Counted from the stretch's first letter, positions 35,727 to 44,713 are shown. The stretch: DNA of 64,000 nt from an uncultured Spirochaetota bacterium (GCA_963710335.1 CAVQAA010000005.1:61004-125003); one strand, 5' to 3'. The notes: generated from the letters alone by a model not told the origin. A program made the numbers and translations.

Positions 35727-37370
35727 ATGGGAAGGGAAACACAGGACAGCCCGGCAGGAGAGCAGAAGCTCGAGCGGTATGGTGTTTGGGTAAAAGTCGA
35801 ACCCCGTACGGTGACGGAATCTCTGGGGGGCGAGAGCTCTTTCGAGCTCACGGATCTGGAAGCCTCTGGAGCGGCGGCCGCGTCCCGCCAGTCCTCCCCG
35901 GAAAGCACAATCACCCTGGAAGAGGAAAAGCTCCTCGATGAGCTGGACACCGAGCTCGGACCTTCCGATGCGGCAGGCGAGCCTTCCATACCGGAGGAAG
36001 AACCCCTGCTGGCCGAGGATGAAGAGCTGCCGGATATTTCCGAGGTGACAGATGACTCGTCTTCGGAGCCGGGGGACCTGGAGCCAATTTCGGATGACGA
36101 GCTCCCTGAGCTCGAGCTTGAAGAGGAGCCGGCACCATCAGCCAGCCGCCCGGGAAGCAAACGCGCCGCCGCCTTGGAGCCCAACGAGGTGGAGGTCACT
36201 CTCTCAGAGTCAGGCGCCGGACAGGAAAGGTTCGAAGACCTGGACGCACTGGAAAGTGAGCTTGCCTCCGTTACCGCATCTGCCTCAGAGCCTCGGGCCG
36301 CCTCGTCAGAAATCCTGGCTCGCATCGAGGATGAGCTTCGTTCCATTCGATCAGATCTGACGCAGCTGCGCAGCGAGCTCTCAGGGATGCGCAAGCCCGG
36401 CCCGGAGCCCGCCGTAGCGGCCCCTCCTTCCGGAGGTGAGACTCAGAGCGGTTTCTTCGACGAGGATGAGGATGAGACCATTGCTCTCACGGGAGACGAG
36501 CTGGACAACATCCTGAATACGGCCGAGATCACGGAGGAAGTCGCGGAAGCAGCGCCAGTGGAAGAGACCATGGACCTGGCCGAGATTCCGGAAGATTCCT
36601 CACAGTCCGGCCTGCCCGAAGATCTGCTTGGCCTCGAAACAGCAGAGGCCCCGCAGGCGGAAGAGCTTCCCGCGGAGCTCGATCTGGAAGACCTTTCCGC
36701 TGAAACCAGCACGTCAAAATCCGCTTCTGCTTCTTCAGAAGGGCTTCTGGAGCTCGACCTGGAAGGGATCCCCGAGATCGAGACGACGGAAAAGGACCTG
36801 CAGCCTGCTTCCGAGGTCGGAGATCTCGAGACGCTTGACCTGGAAGAAGTGAGCGAGCTGGAGCCGGTGGAAGAGCAGGCAGGGGAGGTCAGGGGAGCCG
36901 CGGAGGCCGCAGACGACCTTTCGGGCGACGTTGATCTTGATGCCCTTGCCGCAGAGGCCGAGGCTCTGGGAGCTGGTGACTCTGTTTCCCCGGTTGAGGA
37001 CCTGGAGATCGGGGAGCTTGAAGCCGTAACGGATGACTCTGATCTTGCCTCGGCCCCGCAGAACGAGATCGAAATTCCGTTCGAGACCGAGCCGCAGGCC
37101 GGCCGGGCGCCCTCAGCCAAGGGTGCGGCGGACGAGGTGCTGGACGTGGAGGAAGTCTCCGCCGAAGAAGGAACCGAAGACCGCGCGCCTGCCTCCCGGG
37201 AGAGCGCTTCCGCCATTCCGGATGACCTCAAGGACGAGATCCGCACGGTTCTGAAGTACATGGACCACCTCCTGGAAGCTCTTCCGGATGAGAAGATCCA
37301 GGAGTTCGCCAAGTCCGACTATTTCGTGATGTACAAGAAGCTGTTCGAGGACCTCGGTTTAGGTGAATAG
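35727..37370 (+). CDS. hyper-acidic low-complexity protein with ordered N- and C-terminal segments (function unknown)
   Basis: Part of ORF 35721..37370. The second ATG (35727) is better spaced from AGGAG. The body is dominated by E/D/L/S/A/P. Non-repetitive segments are ERYGVWVKVEPRTV (N-terminal), ILARIEDELRSIRSDLTQLRSELSGMR (middle), and IPDDLKDEIRTVLKYMDHLLEALPDEKIQEFAKSDYFVMYKKLFEDLGL (C-terminal). Confidence 0.7.
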   Translation: MGRETQDSPAGEQKLERYGVWVKVEPRTVTESLGGESSFELTDLEASGAAAASRQSSPESTITLEEEKLLDELDTELGPSDAAGEPSIPEEEPLLAEDEELPDISEVTDDSSSEPGDLEPISDDELPELELEEEPAPSASRPGSKRAAALEPNEVEVTLSESGAGQERFEDLDALESELASVTASASEPRAASSEILARIEDELRSIRSDLTQLRSELSGMRKPGPEPAVAAPPSGGETQSGFFDEDEDETIALTGDELDNILNTAEITEEVAEAAPVEETMDLAEIPEDSSQSGLPEDLLGLETAEAPQAEELPAELDLEDLSAETSTSKSASASSEGLLELDLEGIPEIETTEKDLQPASEVGDLETLDLEEVSELEPVEEQAGEVRGAAEAADDLSGDVDLDALAAEAEALGAGDSVSPVEDLEIGELEAVTDDSDLASAPQNEIEIPFETEPQAGRAPSAKGAADEVLDVEEVSAEEGTEDRAPASRESASAIPDDLKDEIRTVLKYMDHLLEALPDEKIQEFAKSDYFVMYKKLFEDLGLGE

Positions 37371-38483
37371 ATGGGCCTTCTGCGGAAGGCGGCCCACGCC
37401 GTCCCTGAAGACACGAATGCCCCCGGGACGTTGACACTGTCGCAGGGGCGCGCAGCGCCCCCGGCTGAGGCGCGTGGCGGACTCCTGAGAAGGAGTCTCC
37501 AGGCGCTTTCCGCCGATACGGTGGCCAAGCCCGGTCCTGCCGAGTCAACGGATGATATCGCTCTCCTGATCGCAAGGGACGCAAAAGCTCTTTCAGACGG
37601 CGTGGAGCTTCCTTCCCGGCTTTTCACAACTCTTCGAAAACGGCTCTCCATCATGAAAGGCGCCCTTCTCCTCTATGACCCCGTGCGGATGGAATACGCG
37701 CCATGGGCCAGCCACGGGTTCGACCAGACCACCCTCCACAGGATGCGCATACCCCTGGGCGCTAATGAGACATTCAATGCACTGGCAAACGGCGAGCCCC
37801 TGGACGTGAGCAATCCGGACCAAAGGGCGGCTTTTCAACGTTTCTTCTCCTCGCGGGAGTTTGCCACCCTGGAACGGATGATCCTGAGCCCCTATATCTG
37901 GGAGGACTCCCTGGTGGGAGTGCTCCTGGTCACGGAGATCCGGCCTCCGTTCCCAGATACGCGGCAGCTTCTTTCCCGCCTGAAAGACATATCCGCCAGT
38001 ATTGCCCCGTTGCTCCAGAAAGCGCGTGGCTTCCTGATGAAGTGGAGCCAGGCAAAGGCTTCGCGTCCCCCGTCTACACCGGAAGAGCAGGTCGGGCGGA
38101 TTCTCGCCTCTCCGGCCGTGCAGGGAAAGAAACTTCTCTTCCTTTCCCTCGACCTGGCTGCCTACGTCAGGGGAATAGCTGCGGCTCATGAGGATCTGGA
38201 TCTTTTTCGGCTGCGTGAGGACCTGCGCAGTCTGCTGGATGCTTTCCTGGCGGACCTCGGCGTGGCAATCATGCTCCCGGCCGGTGCCATCCTGGTCTGC
38301 CTCCAGGACGTCCAACGGGACGACATCCCCTTGTTCCTCCATCAACTGCGGTATTTTCTGGTCAGTCATTTCGCCGGCGAGCAGCCGGAGGCGAAGGCTT
38401 CCCTGATCAACGTCATGAAATCCCGGATCTGGCCGGATGAGGGAACAGACCCGCGGGAGCTTGTTTCTTTCCTTTCCCTCTGA
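37371..38483 (+). CDS. hypothetical protein, possible GAF-like domain plus degenerate GGDEF-like C-terminal domain
   Basis: 370 aa. It starts immediately after the upstream stop (TAGATG). MKGALLLYDPVRMEYAPWASHGFD...SLVGVLLVTEI resembles GAF. LLFLSLDLAAY...GVAIMLPAGAILVCL loosely resembles a degenerate GGDEF core. The assignment is by eye only. Confidence 0.55.
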   Translation: MGLLRKAAHAVPEDTNAPGTLTLSQGRAAPPAEARGGLLRRSLQALSADTVAKPGPAESTDDIALLIARDAKALSDGVELPSRLFTTLRKRLSIMKGALLLYDPVRMEYAPWASHGFDQTTLHRMRIPLGANETFNALANGEPLDVSNPDQRAAFQRFFSSREFATLERMILSPYIWEDSLVGVLLVTEIRPPFPDTRQLLSRLKDISASIAPLLQKARGFLMKWSQAKASRPPSTPEEQVGRILASPAVQGKKLLFLSLDLAAYVRGIAAAHEDLDLFRLREDLRSLLDAFLADLGVAIMLPAGAILVCLQDVQRDDIPLFLHQLRYFLVSHFAGEQPEAKASLINVMKSRIWPDEGTDPRELVSFLSL

Positions 38484-38489
38484 GCCGCA

Positions 38490-40124
38490 ATGCTCGAGGT
38501 GTTCACCTCCCGATCCGGATCCCCTTCCCTGAAAATCGACGGAGTCGCCCTCCACTCCCCTTACGACCCTGCCCGTGAAGCCCAGCGGTTTGCAGAAAGC
38601 TCACTCGGGCCGGAGCCCCCTTCCACGGTTGTTATCCTGGGGGAAGGGCTGGGCTACCTCACGCAGTGGCTCAGCGGCGCTCACCCTGCCGCCCGAGTGC
38701 TTCGCGTCTACTATTCCACGGCGGTATTCCACAGCTCGCTGCCGCTGCCCTTACGTCACGTTGACTCATGGCATCCCGAGCTGGGCGTGAGCCTTGCGGA
38801 GTTCCTCCGGGTGCGGATGACGGAGCTCGACGTGGAAGGGCTTCGGATCATGGAGTGGCCGCCGGCAGCCAGGCTCTTTCCCGAGCAATCGCGCGCCGCG
38901 AATGAGTCGGTGCAGCAGTGCCTTCTGGAGCTCAACGGCAGTCTTGTCACCACCATGTCCATGGGCAGGATTTGGCTGCGCAACAGCGTTGCCAATTTCC
39001 TTTCCCTGGCTGACGTCCTGCAGGGCGCACCCTGCTCCCCGGAGAGGACCGTCGTCATAACGGCATCGGGCCCCAGCCTCGAGTCGGCCGCTCCCCTCCT
39101 CCGCGACGTCAGGGATGCGGTCGATATTTGGGCGCTGCCGTCCAGCGCGCCGCTGCTCGCGACGGCAGGGCTGAAACCCGATTTGCTGGTCATGACAGAC
39201 CCTGGATTCTATGCCATTCATCATCTCCATCACGCAGTGCCGGCGTGCCCCGTGGCGATGCCCCTTTCTGCAGCCAGGGGGTTGTGGGATCTTGCATCCC
39301 GCAGCACCGACCCGGCATTGCCTTTGCCGTTCCTGCTTGCGCAACCTGGGATACTGGAAGAGATATTCGTCCGAGCCTTGGGGATCCCCGCTCCCACGGT
39401 GGCTCCCCACGGCACGGTGGCCGCCACCGCGATCGATCTCGCACGCATTTTTACAAAAGCGCCGGTCATTTTGGCCGGCCTTGACATGTGCACGAAGGAC
39501 GTCATGTCACATGCCCGGCCAAATGAGTTCGAGCTGTTCTTTCACCAACGGAGCTCCCGGATTTCTCCCTATGACAACCTCTGGTACCACTGGTCGGCCC
39601 GGCAGAATGCAATTCGATTGCCGGGCGGCAATGGGGCTCGCGCGCCTCTCTCCCTCAGGACTTATGCGGGCTGGCTGGGAAGAGACGGCGCAACCGGAGA
39701 AAAGGTGTATCGACTCCTCCCCTCGTTTGTGGCGCTGCCCGGAATGAAGCCGCTTGATGCGGAAGGACTGAAAAACCTTGTGCGGAGCTCTCCACCGTGC
39801 ACCCCCGGACCAAGGCTCGCGCGGAACACCGCACTCCCCTCCCGCGCGCAGAGAGCCTCTCTTGTTTCGCAGATCCTTACCGAGTGGAGAAGGATCCTTG
39901 TGGAAAGCCGCGCGCGCGCAACCGGCCCTGACGGTCACACGGCGCTCGCTGAAGCCCGGGTTTTCGCCATCACGTACCAGCTTGCAACACAGTCGCTGCT
40001 GGAAACCAGGCGCAAAGCCAGGCTCGGCGATGAAAAAAGCGCCAGGGACTCGGCAGTGGATCTTTTGAAGGATTGCGAGCAGTTTCTCCGCGGGCTTGAG
40101 GAAAGAGCCATCAATGCGGCCTGA
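38490..40124 (+). CDS. motility accessory factor (Maf) family protein, DUF115 / MptE-like domain
   Basis: 544 aa. Contains SLKIDGVALHSPYDPAREAQRFAES and ITASGPSLE...LKPDLLVMTDPGFY, typical of Maf/DUF115. Confidence 0.75.
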   Translation: MLEVFTSRSGSPSLKIDGVALHSPYDPAREAQRFAESSLGPEPPSTVVILGEGLGYLTQWLSGAHPAARVLRVYYSTAVFHSSLPLPLRHVDSWHPELGVSLAEFLRVRMTELDVEGLRIMEWPPAARLFPEQSRAANESVQQCLLELNGSLVTTMSMGRIWLRNSVANFLSLADVLQGAPCSPERTVVITASGPSLESAAPLLRDVRDAVDIWALPSSAPLLATAGLKPDLLVMTDPGFYAIHHLHHAVPACPVAMPLSAARGLWDLASRSTDPALPLPFLLAQPGILEEIFVRALGIPAPTVAPHGTVAATAIDLARIFTKAPVILAGLDMCTKDVMSHARPNEFELFFHQRSSRISPYDNLWYHWSARQNAIRLPGGNGARAPLSLRTYAGWLGRDGATGEKVYRLLPSFVALPGMKPLDAEGLKNLVRSSPPCTPGPRLARNTALPSRAQRASLVSQILTEWRRILVESRARATGPDGHTALAEARVFAITYQLATQSLLETRRKARLGDEKSARDSAVDLLKDCEQFLRGLEERAINAA

Positions 40125-41730
40125 AGACGCCGGCCTCCTGGCCGGCAACCTCGCTGCTCTTGCCCCTTCCAACCCAGCGCTGGCCAGCCTGATAGAAAGC
40201 AGCCCGCCCAATCCGGCATTAGCGTTCCGCCAGGCGAAAAACGGCGCCACGGTTCCCGTCCTGCGCGGAAGCGCGGGAGATCTGCCTTTCCACTCCCTGG
40301 TTGATCCGGCCAGGGAAGCCGAGCGGCTGGTACAGTCCGTTGGGGACAGCGGATACCTGGTGTGCCTGGGTCTCGGCGGTGGTTTTCTTGCCGCGGCCTT
40401 TCTTCGCCAGCCGCACGCCGCAGGCGTTCTCATCGTCGAAAAAGACCCGTCGACGCTCAGGGCTTTGCTTGCCAACCTTCCCCTTTCAACGGTGCTTTCA
40501 GATCCTCGCGTCCAGCTGACCTCCGGAGCGGAAGAGATACGGCGGATCGTGCGGACCACCTACCTGCCGCAGGTTGCGGGGGACCTGGTTTCCCTTCCCG
40601 TGCGGCCGTGGTGCAAGGCGGAAGAGGGGTTCTTCAGCCGGGCAGCCGAGGAGCTTCGCAAAGCCGCTGAGGAAACACGGGCCGACTACAGCGTGCAGGC
40701 CCACTTCGGGAAGCGCTGGTTCGCAAACCTTATCCTGAACCTCCCGGCAGCGCACAAGGCGCGGGAAGCTGGAATCACCGGCCGATTGGCACACGTCACG
40801 GCCGCGGGGCCGTCTCTTGAAGACGGCATTCGGGAGCTCGTCGATCGCCGGGACGGGAGCATCATTGTCGCCACCGACACCTCCCTTCCCGCTCTGCTCA
40901 AGCGCGGCATAGAGCCGGAGATTGTGGTGTCCATCGACTGCCAGCTTTACAGCTACCATCACTTCCTGGCCGGATTGCCCCGGCAGACAACCGTGTTCTT
41001 CGATCTTTCTTCACCGCCGTTCCTGGTCCGATTGGCCGGCAGGCGAAGCCGTTTTTTCACGAGCGCGCACCCGTTTTCCCGTTTCATCAGCGCCAACTGG
41101 CGCGGCTTTCTTCCCGTCGATACCACCGGGGGAAATGTCACCCACGCGGCTGTGTCCCTTGCGCGGGCCCTCGGCGTCCCTGAGATCACGCTTCATGGGG
41201 CCGACTTCGGCTATCCTCATGCAAAGCCTTACGCGCGCGGCACGTATCTCTATGATTACTATTACGGCCGCCAACTGCGGAGCGTGCCGATCGAGAGCAG
41301 TCTCAGCTCTTTCGTCCTGGGGTCGGCCGGATTGGTTTCCGAGCGATCTGCCGGGGCTGTTCGCTACAGCACATCCACGCTCCGCGACTACGCTTCACGG
41401 CTCGCAAAGCTTTTCCCGACCCCCCGGGCTGCGTCAGGGTTCGAGCGCTTCCAGGAAACACCGGCACGCTGCCATTGGCGGGAATTTTTACGCGGCTATT
41501 CCGAGGCCCTGCGAGCGCTTCCCGGCCCGTCGGCGCCCCTTGCCGGGTACTTCACCGGGCTCCGCCCGGAACAGAGAACGCTCTGGACCACGCTCCTTCC
41601 CATTTGCGCGCGCATTCTGCGCGACACGGTGGGCGAAGTCGGCAAAGACACTTGCCTGGAGCAGTCACGCCGGTGGGCGCTGGACCGCGTGGGCCGGGCT
41701 GTAGAGGACTCCGGCATATCCGACGAATGA
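40114..41730 (+). CDS. motility accessory factor (Maf) family protein, DUF115 / MptE-like domain (paralogue)
   Basis: Part of ORF 40096..41730. ATG 40114 sits 8 nt after GAGGAAAG and overlaps the upstream gene by 11 nt. Contains LPFHSLVDPAREAERLV and VTAAGPSLE...IVATDTSLPALLKRGIEPEIVVSIDCQ. Confidence 0.75.
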   Translation: MRPEDAGLLAGNLAALAPSNPALASLIESSPPNPALAFRQAKNGATVPVLRGSAGDLPFHSLVDPAREAERLVQSVGDSGYLVCLGLGGGFLAAAFLRQPHAAGVLIVEKDPSTLRALLANLPLSTVLSDPRVQLTSGAEEIRRIVRTTYLPQVAGDLVSLPVRPWCKAEEGFFSRAAEELRKAAEETRADYSVQAHFGKRWFANLILNLPAAHKAREAGITGRLAHVTAAGPSLEDGIRELVDRRDGSIIVATDTSLPALLKRGIEPEIVVSIDCQLYSYHHFLAGLPRQTTVFFDLSSPPFLVRLAGRRSRFFTSAHPFSRFISANWRGFLPVDTTGGNVTHAAVSLARALGVPEITLHGADFGYPHAKPYARGTYLYDYYYGRQLRSVPIESSLSSFVLGSAGLVSERSAGAVRYSTSTLRDYASRLAKLFPTPRAASGFERFQETPARCHWREFLRGYSEALRALPGPSAPLAGYFTGLRPEQRTLWTTLLPICARILRDTVGEVGKDTCLEQSRRWALDRVGRAVEDSGISDE

Positions 41731-42525
41731 CTCCGCGGGATGGACTTCGTAGCTTGTCGTGTACCTCAGAAGCTGTCCCTTGTCTGCGCCCATCTCACGC
41801 GCAAAGCTGACAGCGCACAGCGCTCCACCGGCGGAGCATGCCGATCTTTCCCTGGCGGCCAGCTCCAGGACGGCTCCGCAGTCCATGGCAGCAAGTGCAT
41901 CGAGGAAGCGCCGATCATTCACATCCCTCACCCACGCCCGCGCCTTCTCCCCCTCCCCCGCGGGGGAAAAGCCGTAATTGGGCCCGTAGTGCGTGAGATC
42001 GGTTGATCCGACAATCGCGATGCTGCGCCCTTTTTCTCTGCCGGCCTTCGCAATTGCCAGCCCCAGCTGTACGGCAACTTCGGACGGCGAAGCACGCATA
42101 CCCAGGACGCAGGCATTCGGAAAAAAGTATTTCGCAAGCGGAAGCTGGACTTCCACGGAGTTGTCCGCGCACCGGTCCTCCTGAACGCGAAACGTTCTGG
42201 CAAGGGAATCCCGCAACTCCGTGTCAGCCCGCATTGTACCCAGAGGCGTTTCGTAGAGGTCCTCCGTAGCGCACAATAATCCGTCAGAAGGACCGAGATG
42301 ACCGCCGATAATAACGATGGTATCGATGCTGCGCGAAAGGCATGACATAACCTCAAGGGCGAGGCTTCCCGAAAACTCCCAGCCCGCGTGCGGGACAACG
42401 CCGGCAATGCCGGATGCCGCGGAATGCGCAGGGAATCCGCGGGACATCCCCCGGATGGCCTCCAGCGTTCCCTCTTTCCCGGATGGATACCATCCCGGCG
42501 GCAGGAATCTTTTTCGTACGCTCAT
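41665..42525 (-). CDS. Memo-like protein (AmmeMemoRadiSam system protein B family)
   Basis: Part of ORF 41665..42540, starting at ATG 42525. Contains FLPPGWYP, VVPHAGWEFSG, NSVEVQLPL, DLTHYGPNYGF and SACSAG. Confidence 0.8.
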   Translation of the reverse strand: MSVRKRFLPPGWYPSGKEGTLEAIRGMSRGFPAHSAASGIAGVVPHAGWEFSGSLALEVMSCLSRSIDTIVIIGGHLGPSDGLLCATEDLYETPLGTMRADTELRDSLARTFRVQEDRCADNSVEVQLPLAKYFFPNACVLGMRASPSEVAVQLGLAIAKAGREKGRSIAIVGSTDLTHYGPNYGFSPAGEGEKARAWVRDVNDRRFLDALAAMDCGAVLELAARERSACSAGGALCAVSFAREMGADKGQLLRYTTSYEVHPAESFVGYAGVLYSPAHAVQRPPA

Positions 42526-42621
42526 GGCTCCTCCGCTCATCCCGCAGGATCAAACCGGGCGCCGACGACTACCGCAGCGCTTTGAACTGGATTATACTCC
42601 ACGGCGCGCAGGGAGGGGAGC

Positions 42622-43728
42622 ATGAATAAACGCATTTCGTGGGTATTCCTGGCCGTCAGCGTGGCATTCTTCCTCTTCATCGTCGGATTGACCGGGTACA
42701 GGCTCGAAGACGCCCGCGCGCGTAACTCCCTCTTCGCCAGGGACAGGCTCATAGACATAACAGCAAAGGTTGCATCCATCAGCTCCACCTACACCGGCCT
42801 GGACTCCCCGTCGGCCCGCAAGGAGCTTCGCAATGCGTTCGATGCCGAATCGCGCCTGCTTCTCCTGAGCGTCCATTCCCAGAAAGACGGCATCCTGTAC
42901 CTTGTGGCGCGAAACAGCGCATACCTGAAGGAGCCCGCTAACCCGACTCCGCAATGGAGAGGTACTCCTTCCTACCAGACAAGCAGGGGATACGAGGTAG
43001 TCCTGAGCAGGCCGCTCGGCGATGACCCCGCCGGGCCTGTCCTTGACGCCGTGTTCGTCATCATGGGCAGAGAGGACCTGTACCCCGTTGTGCGTGACGA
43101 CCTGTACCTTTTCCTTGCGTTCCTGTTCGTCAGCGGCGTGGTCATCCTCATCGCCATGAGCGTGCAGGATGCCCCGCCGCAGACGGAAAGGCCGTCTCAG
43201 CCATCGCAAGGCCCGGGGGATGCTCGCAGCATGACTTCGCCGCGTAGCGGCCTTTTCCGGGCGGAGCACCTGGAGTCCAAGCTGCGCGCTGAGCTGGAAA
43301 AGGCGGAAGCCGCCGGCCAGGACCTTGCCCTGGCCCGGATCCGCATCGATGAGCCCTACTCTGATTCCCACCTCGCTGCCGTATACACGGAGATTGCCCG
43401 GGTCCTCCTGCTGAGGTTCCCCGCCCACGACTGCCTTTTCGAAACAGGCAGCGACCTTTTCACCGTCCTGATTCCGGAGGCTGATATCGATGCAGCCGTG
43501 AGAGGCCTGGACGCCTTGCGAAAAGCCGTGGCCAGCAGGCAGATCGAGGGAAAGGTCCGCGCGGTGTCCATCGGTGTATCTTCGCGGGGAACACGGATGA
43601 TTTCCGCATCTACCCTGATGGAAGAGGCGGATATATCGCTTTCCAAGGCTTCCCGGGAAGGCGGGAACCAGGTGGTCGGCTTCCGGGCGGATCCCTCCCG
43701 TTATCGGGCAGGCGTCGTGGCCTCGTAG
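42622..43728 (+). CDS. membrane protein with a periplasmic domain and a degenerate GGDEF domain
   Basis: 368 aa with two TM segments (VFLAVSVAFFLFIVGLTGY and LYLFLAFLFVSGVVILIAMSV). The C-terminal GGDEF fold reads GSDLF in place of GGDEF. The RxxD I-site position reads PAHD. Confidence 0.75.
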   Translation: MNKRISWVFLAVSVAFFLFIVGLTGYRLEDARARNSLFARDRLIDITAKVASISSTYTGLDSPSARKELRNAFDAESRLLLLSVHSQKDGILYLVARNSAYLKEPANPTPQWRGTPSYQTSRGYEVVLSRPLGDDPAGPVLDAVFVIMGREDLYPVVRDDLYLFLAFLFVSGVVILIAMSVQDAPPQTERPSQPSQGPGDARSMTSPRSGLFRAEHLESKLRAELEKAEAAGQDLALARIRIDEPYSDSHLAAVYTEIARVLLLRFPAHDCLFETGSDLFTVLIPEADIDAAVRGLDALRKAVASRQIEGKVRAVSIGVSSRGTRMISASTLMEEADISLSKASREGGNQVVGFRADPSRYRAGVVAS

Positions 43729-43740
43729 CCGCGGAAATCT

Positions 43741-44595
43741 TCAGAGCCCCAGGGACTTTCGAAGCTCGGCAACCGCCTCGTCCTTCATCGTGAATGTATG
43801 CTCGTCCGCCGGGAAAACCTTGGACTGTACATCCCCGATATACTTTTTCACGGCATCGAGCTGAATTGAATAGACATCGGCGTACACCTTGACGAACTTC
43901 GGCGTGAACCGGCGAAACAGCCCGACCATGTCGTGGAGCACGAGGACCTGGCCGTCGCACTCCAGCCCTCCCCCGATTCCAATTGTGGGGATGTCGAGTT
44001 TTTCGGTAATGATGGCCGCAAGCTGTCGGGGAATTGCCTCCAGCACAACGGCGAAAGCTCCCGCATCCTGCAGGGCAACCGCATCATCAACGACCCTCCT
44101 GGCCTGGTCCAGGGACTTTCCCTGCACCTTGAACCCGCCCAGGAGGTTCGCCGTCTGCGGCGTCAGTCCGATATGACCGAATACGGGAATGCCCGCCTTG
44201 ACGATTGCGCTTGCCACTGGCGCCATGTCCTGCCCGCCCTCCAGCTTCACCGAGTCGGCGCCCCCGTCCTTGTAGAGGATTCCCGCGTTCGTGACCGCCT
44301 GTTCAAGGGAAATATTGTAGGACATGAACGGCATGTCGCCCACCACATGCGCGCGCTTGACGCCACGCACGACGGCACGGGTGTGACTGAGCATTTCCTC
44401 CATGGTCACCGGCACCGTGTCACGGTACCCCAGCTCCACCATGCCAAGGCTGTCTCCCACCAGGATCACGTCGATTCCGGCTTCATCGACGATGAGCGCC
44501 TGCGGGTAGGAGTACGCGGTGATCATGGTGATCTTGCGGCCCTCTTTCTTCATGCCATGCAGGTCGGGAATCATCACCTTCTTGGCGTCGCTCAT
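43741..44595 (-). CDS. panB: 3-methyl-2-oxobutanoate hydroxymethyltransferase
   Basis: Part of ORF 43741..44796, starting at ATG 44595. Contains KITMITAYSYPQALIVDEAGIDVILVGDSLGMV, VVGDMPFMSY and VKLEGG. Confidence 0.92.
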   Translation of the reverse strand: MSDAKKVMIPDLHGMKKEGRKITMITAYSYPQALIVDEAGIDVILVGDSLGMVELGYRDTVPVTMEEMLSHTRAVVRGVKRAHVVGDMPFMSYNISLEQAVTNAGILYKDGGADSVKLEGGQDMAPVASAIVKAGIPVFGHIGLTPQTANLLGGFKVQGKSLDQARRVVDDAVALQDAGAFAVVLEAIPRQLAAIITEKLDIPTIGIGGGLECDGQVLVLHDMVGLFRRFTPKFVKVYADVYSIQLDAVKKYIGDVQSKVFPADEHTFTMKDEAVAELRKSLGL

Positions 44596-44713
44596 GGTGC
44601 TCTGTGCCTCCTGTTGGACGCCACAGCGTAGCGGAAAATTCCCCTCGCAGCAAGCTTTTGGTTGACAGAAGCGCTTGCTTCGATCTACCGTGGCCCCGGA
44701 GAAGCCACATCTG

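Noticed and set aside
35714-37312. Two long Ser-rich ORFs (35714-36394 and 36443-37312) on the minus strand
   Set aside because: They mirror the GAx/GAG/CTG-rich codons of the acidic protein gene. The plus-strand ORF has an RBS, ordered termini and operon context, whereas the minus-strand ORFs have none.
39507-40559. 350-aa antisense ORF across the junction of the two Maf genes
   Set aside because: It is a shadow ORF. It crosses a gene boundary and lacks motifs.
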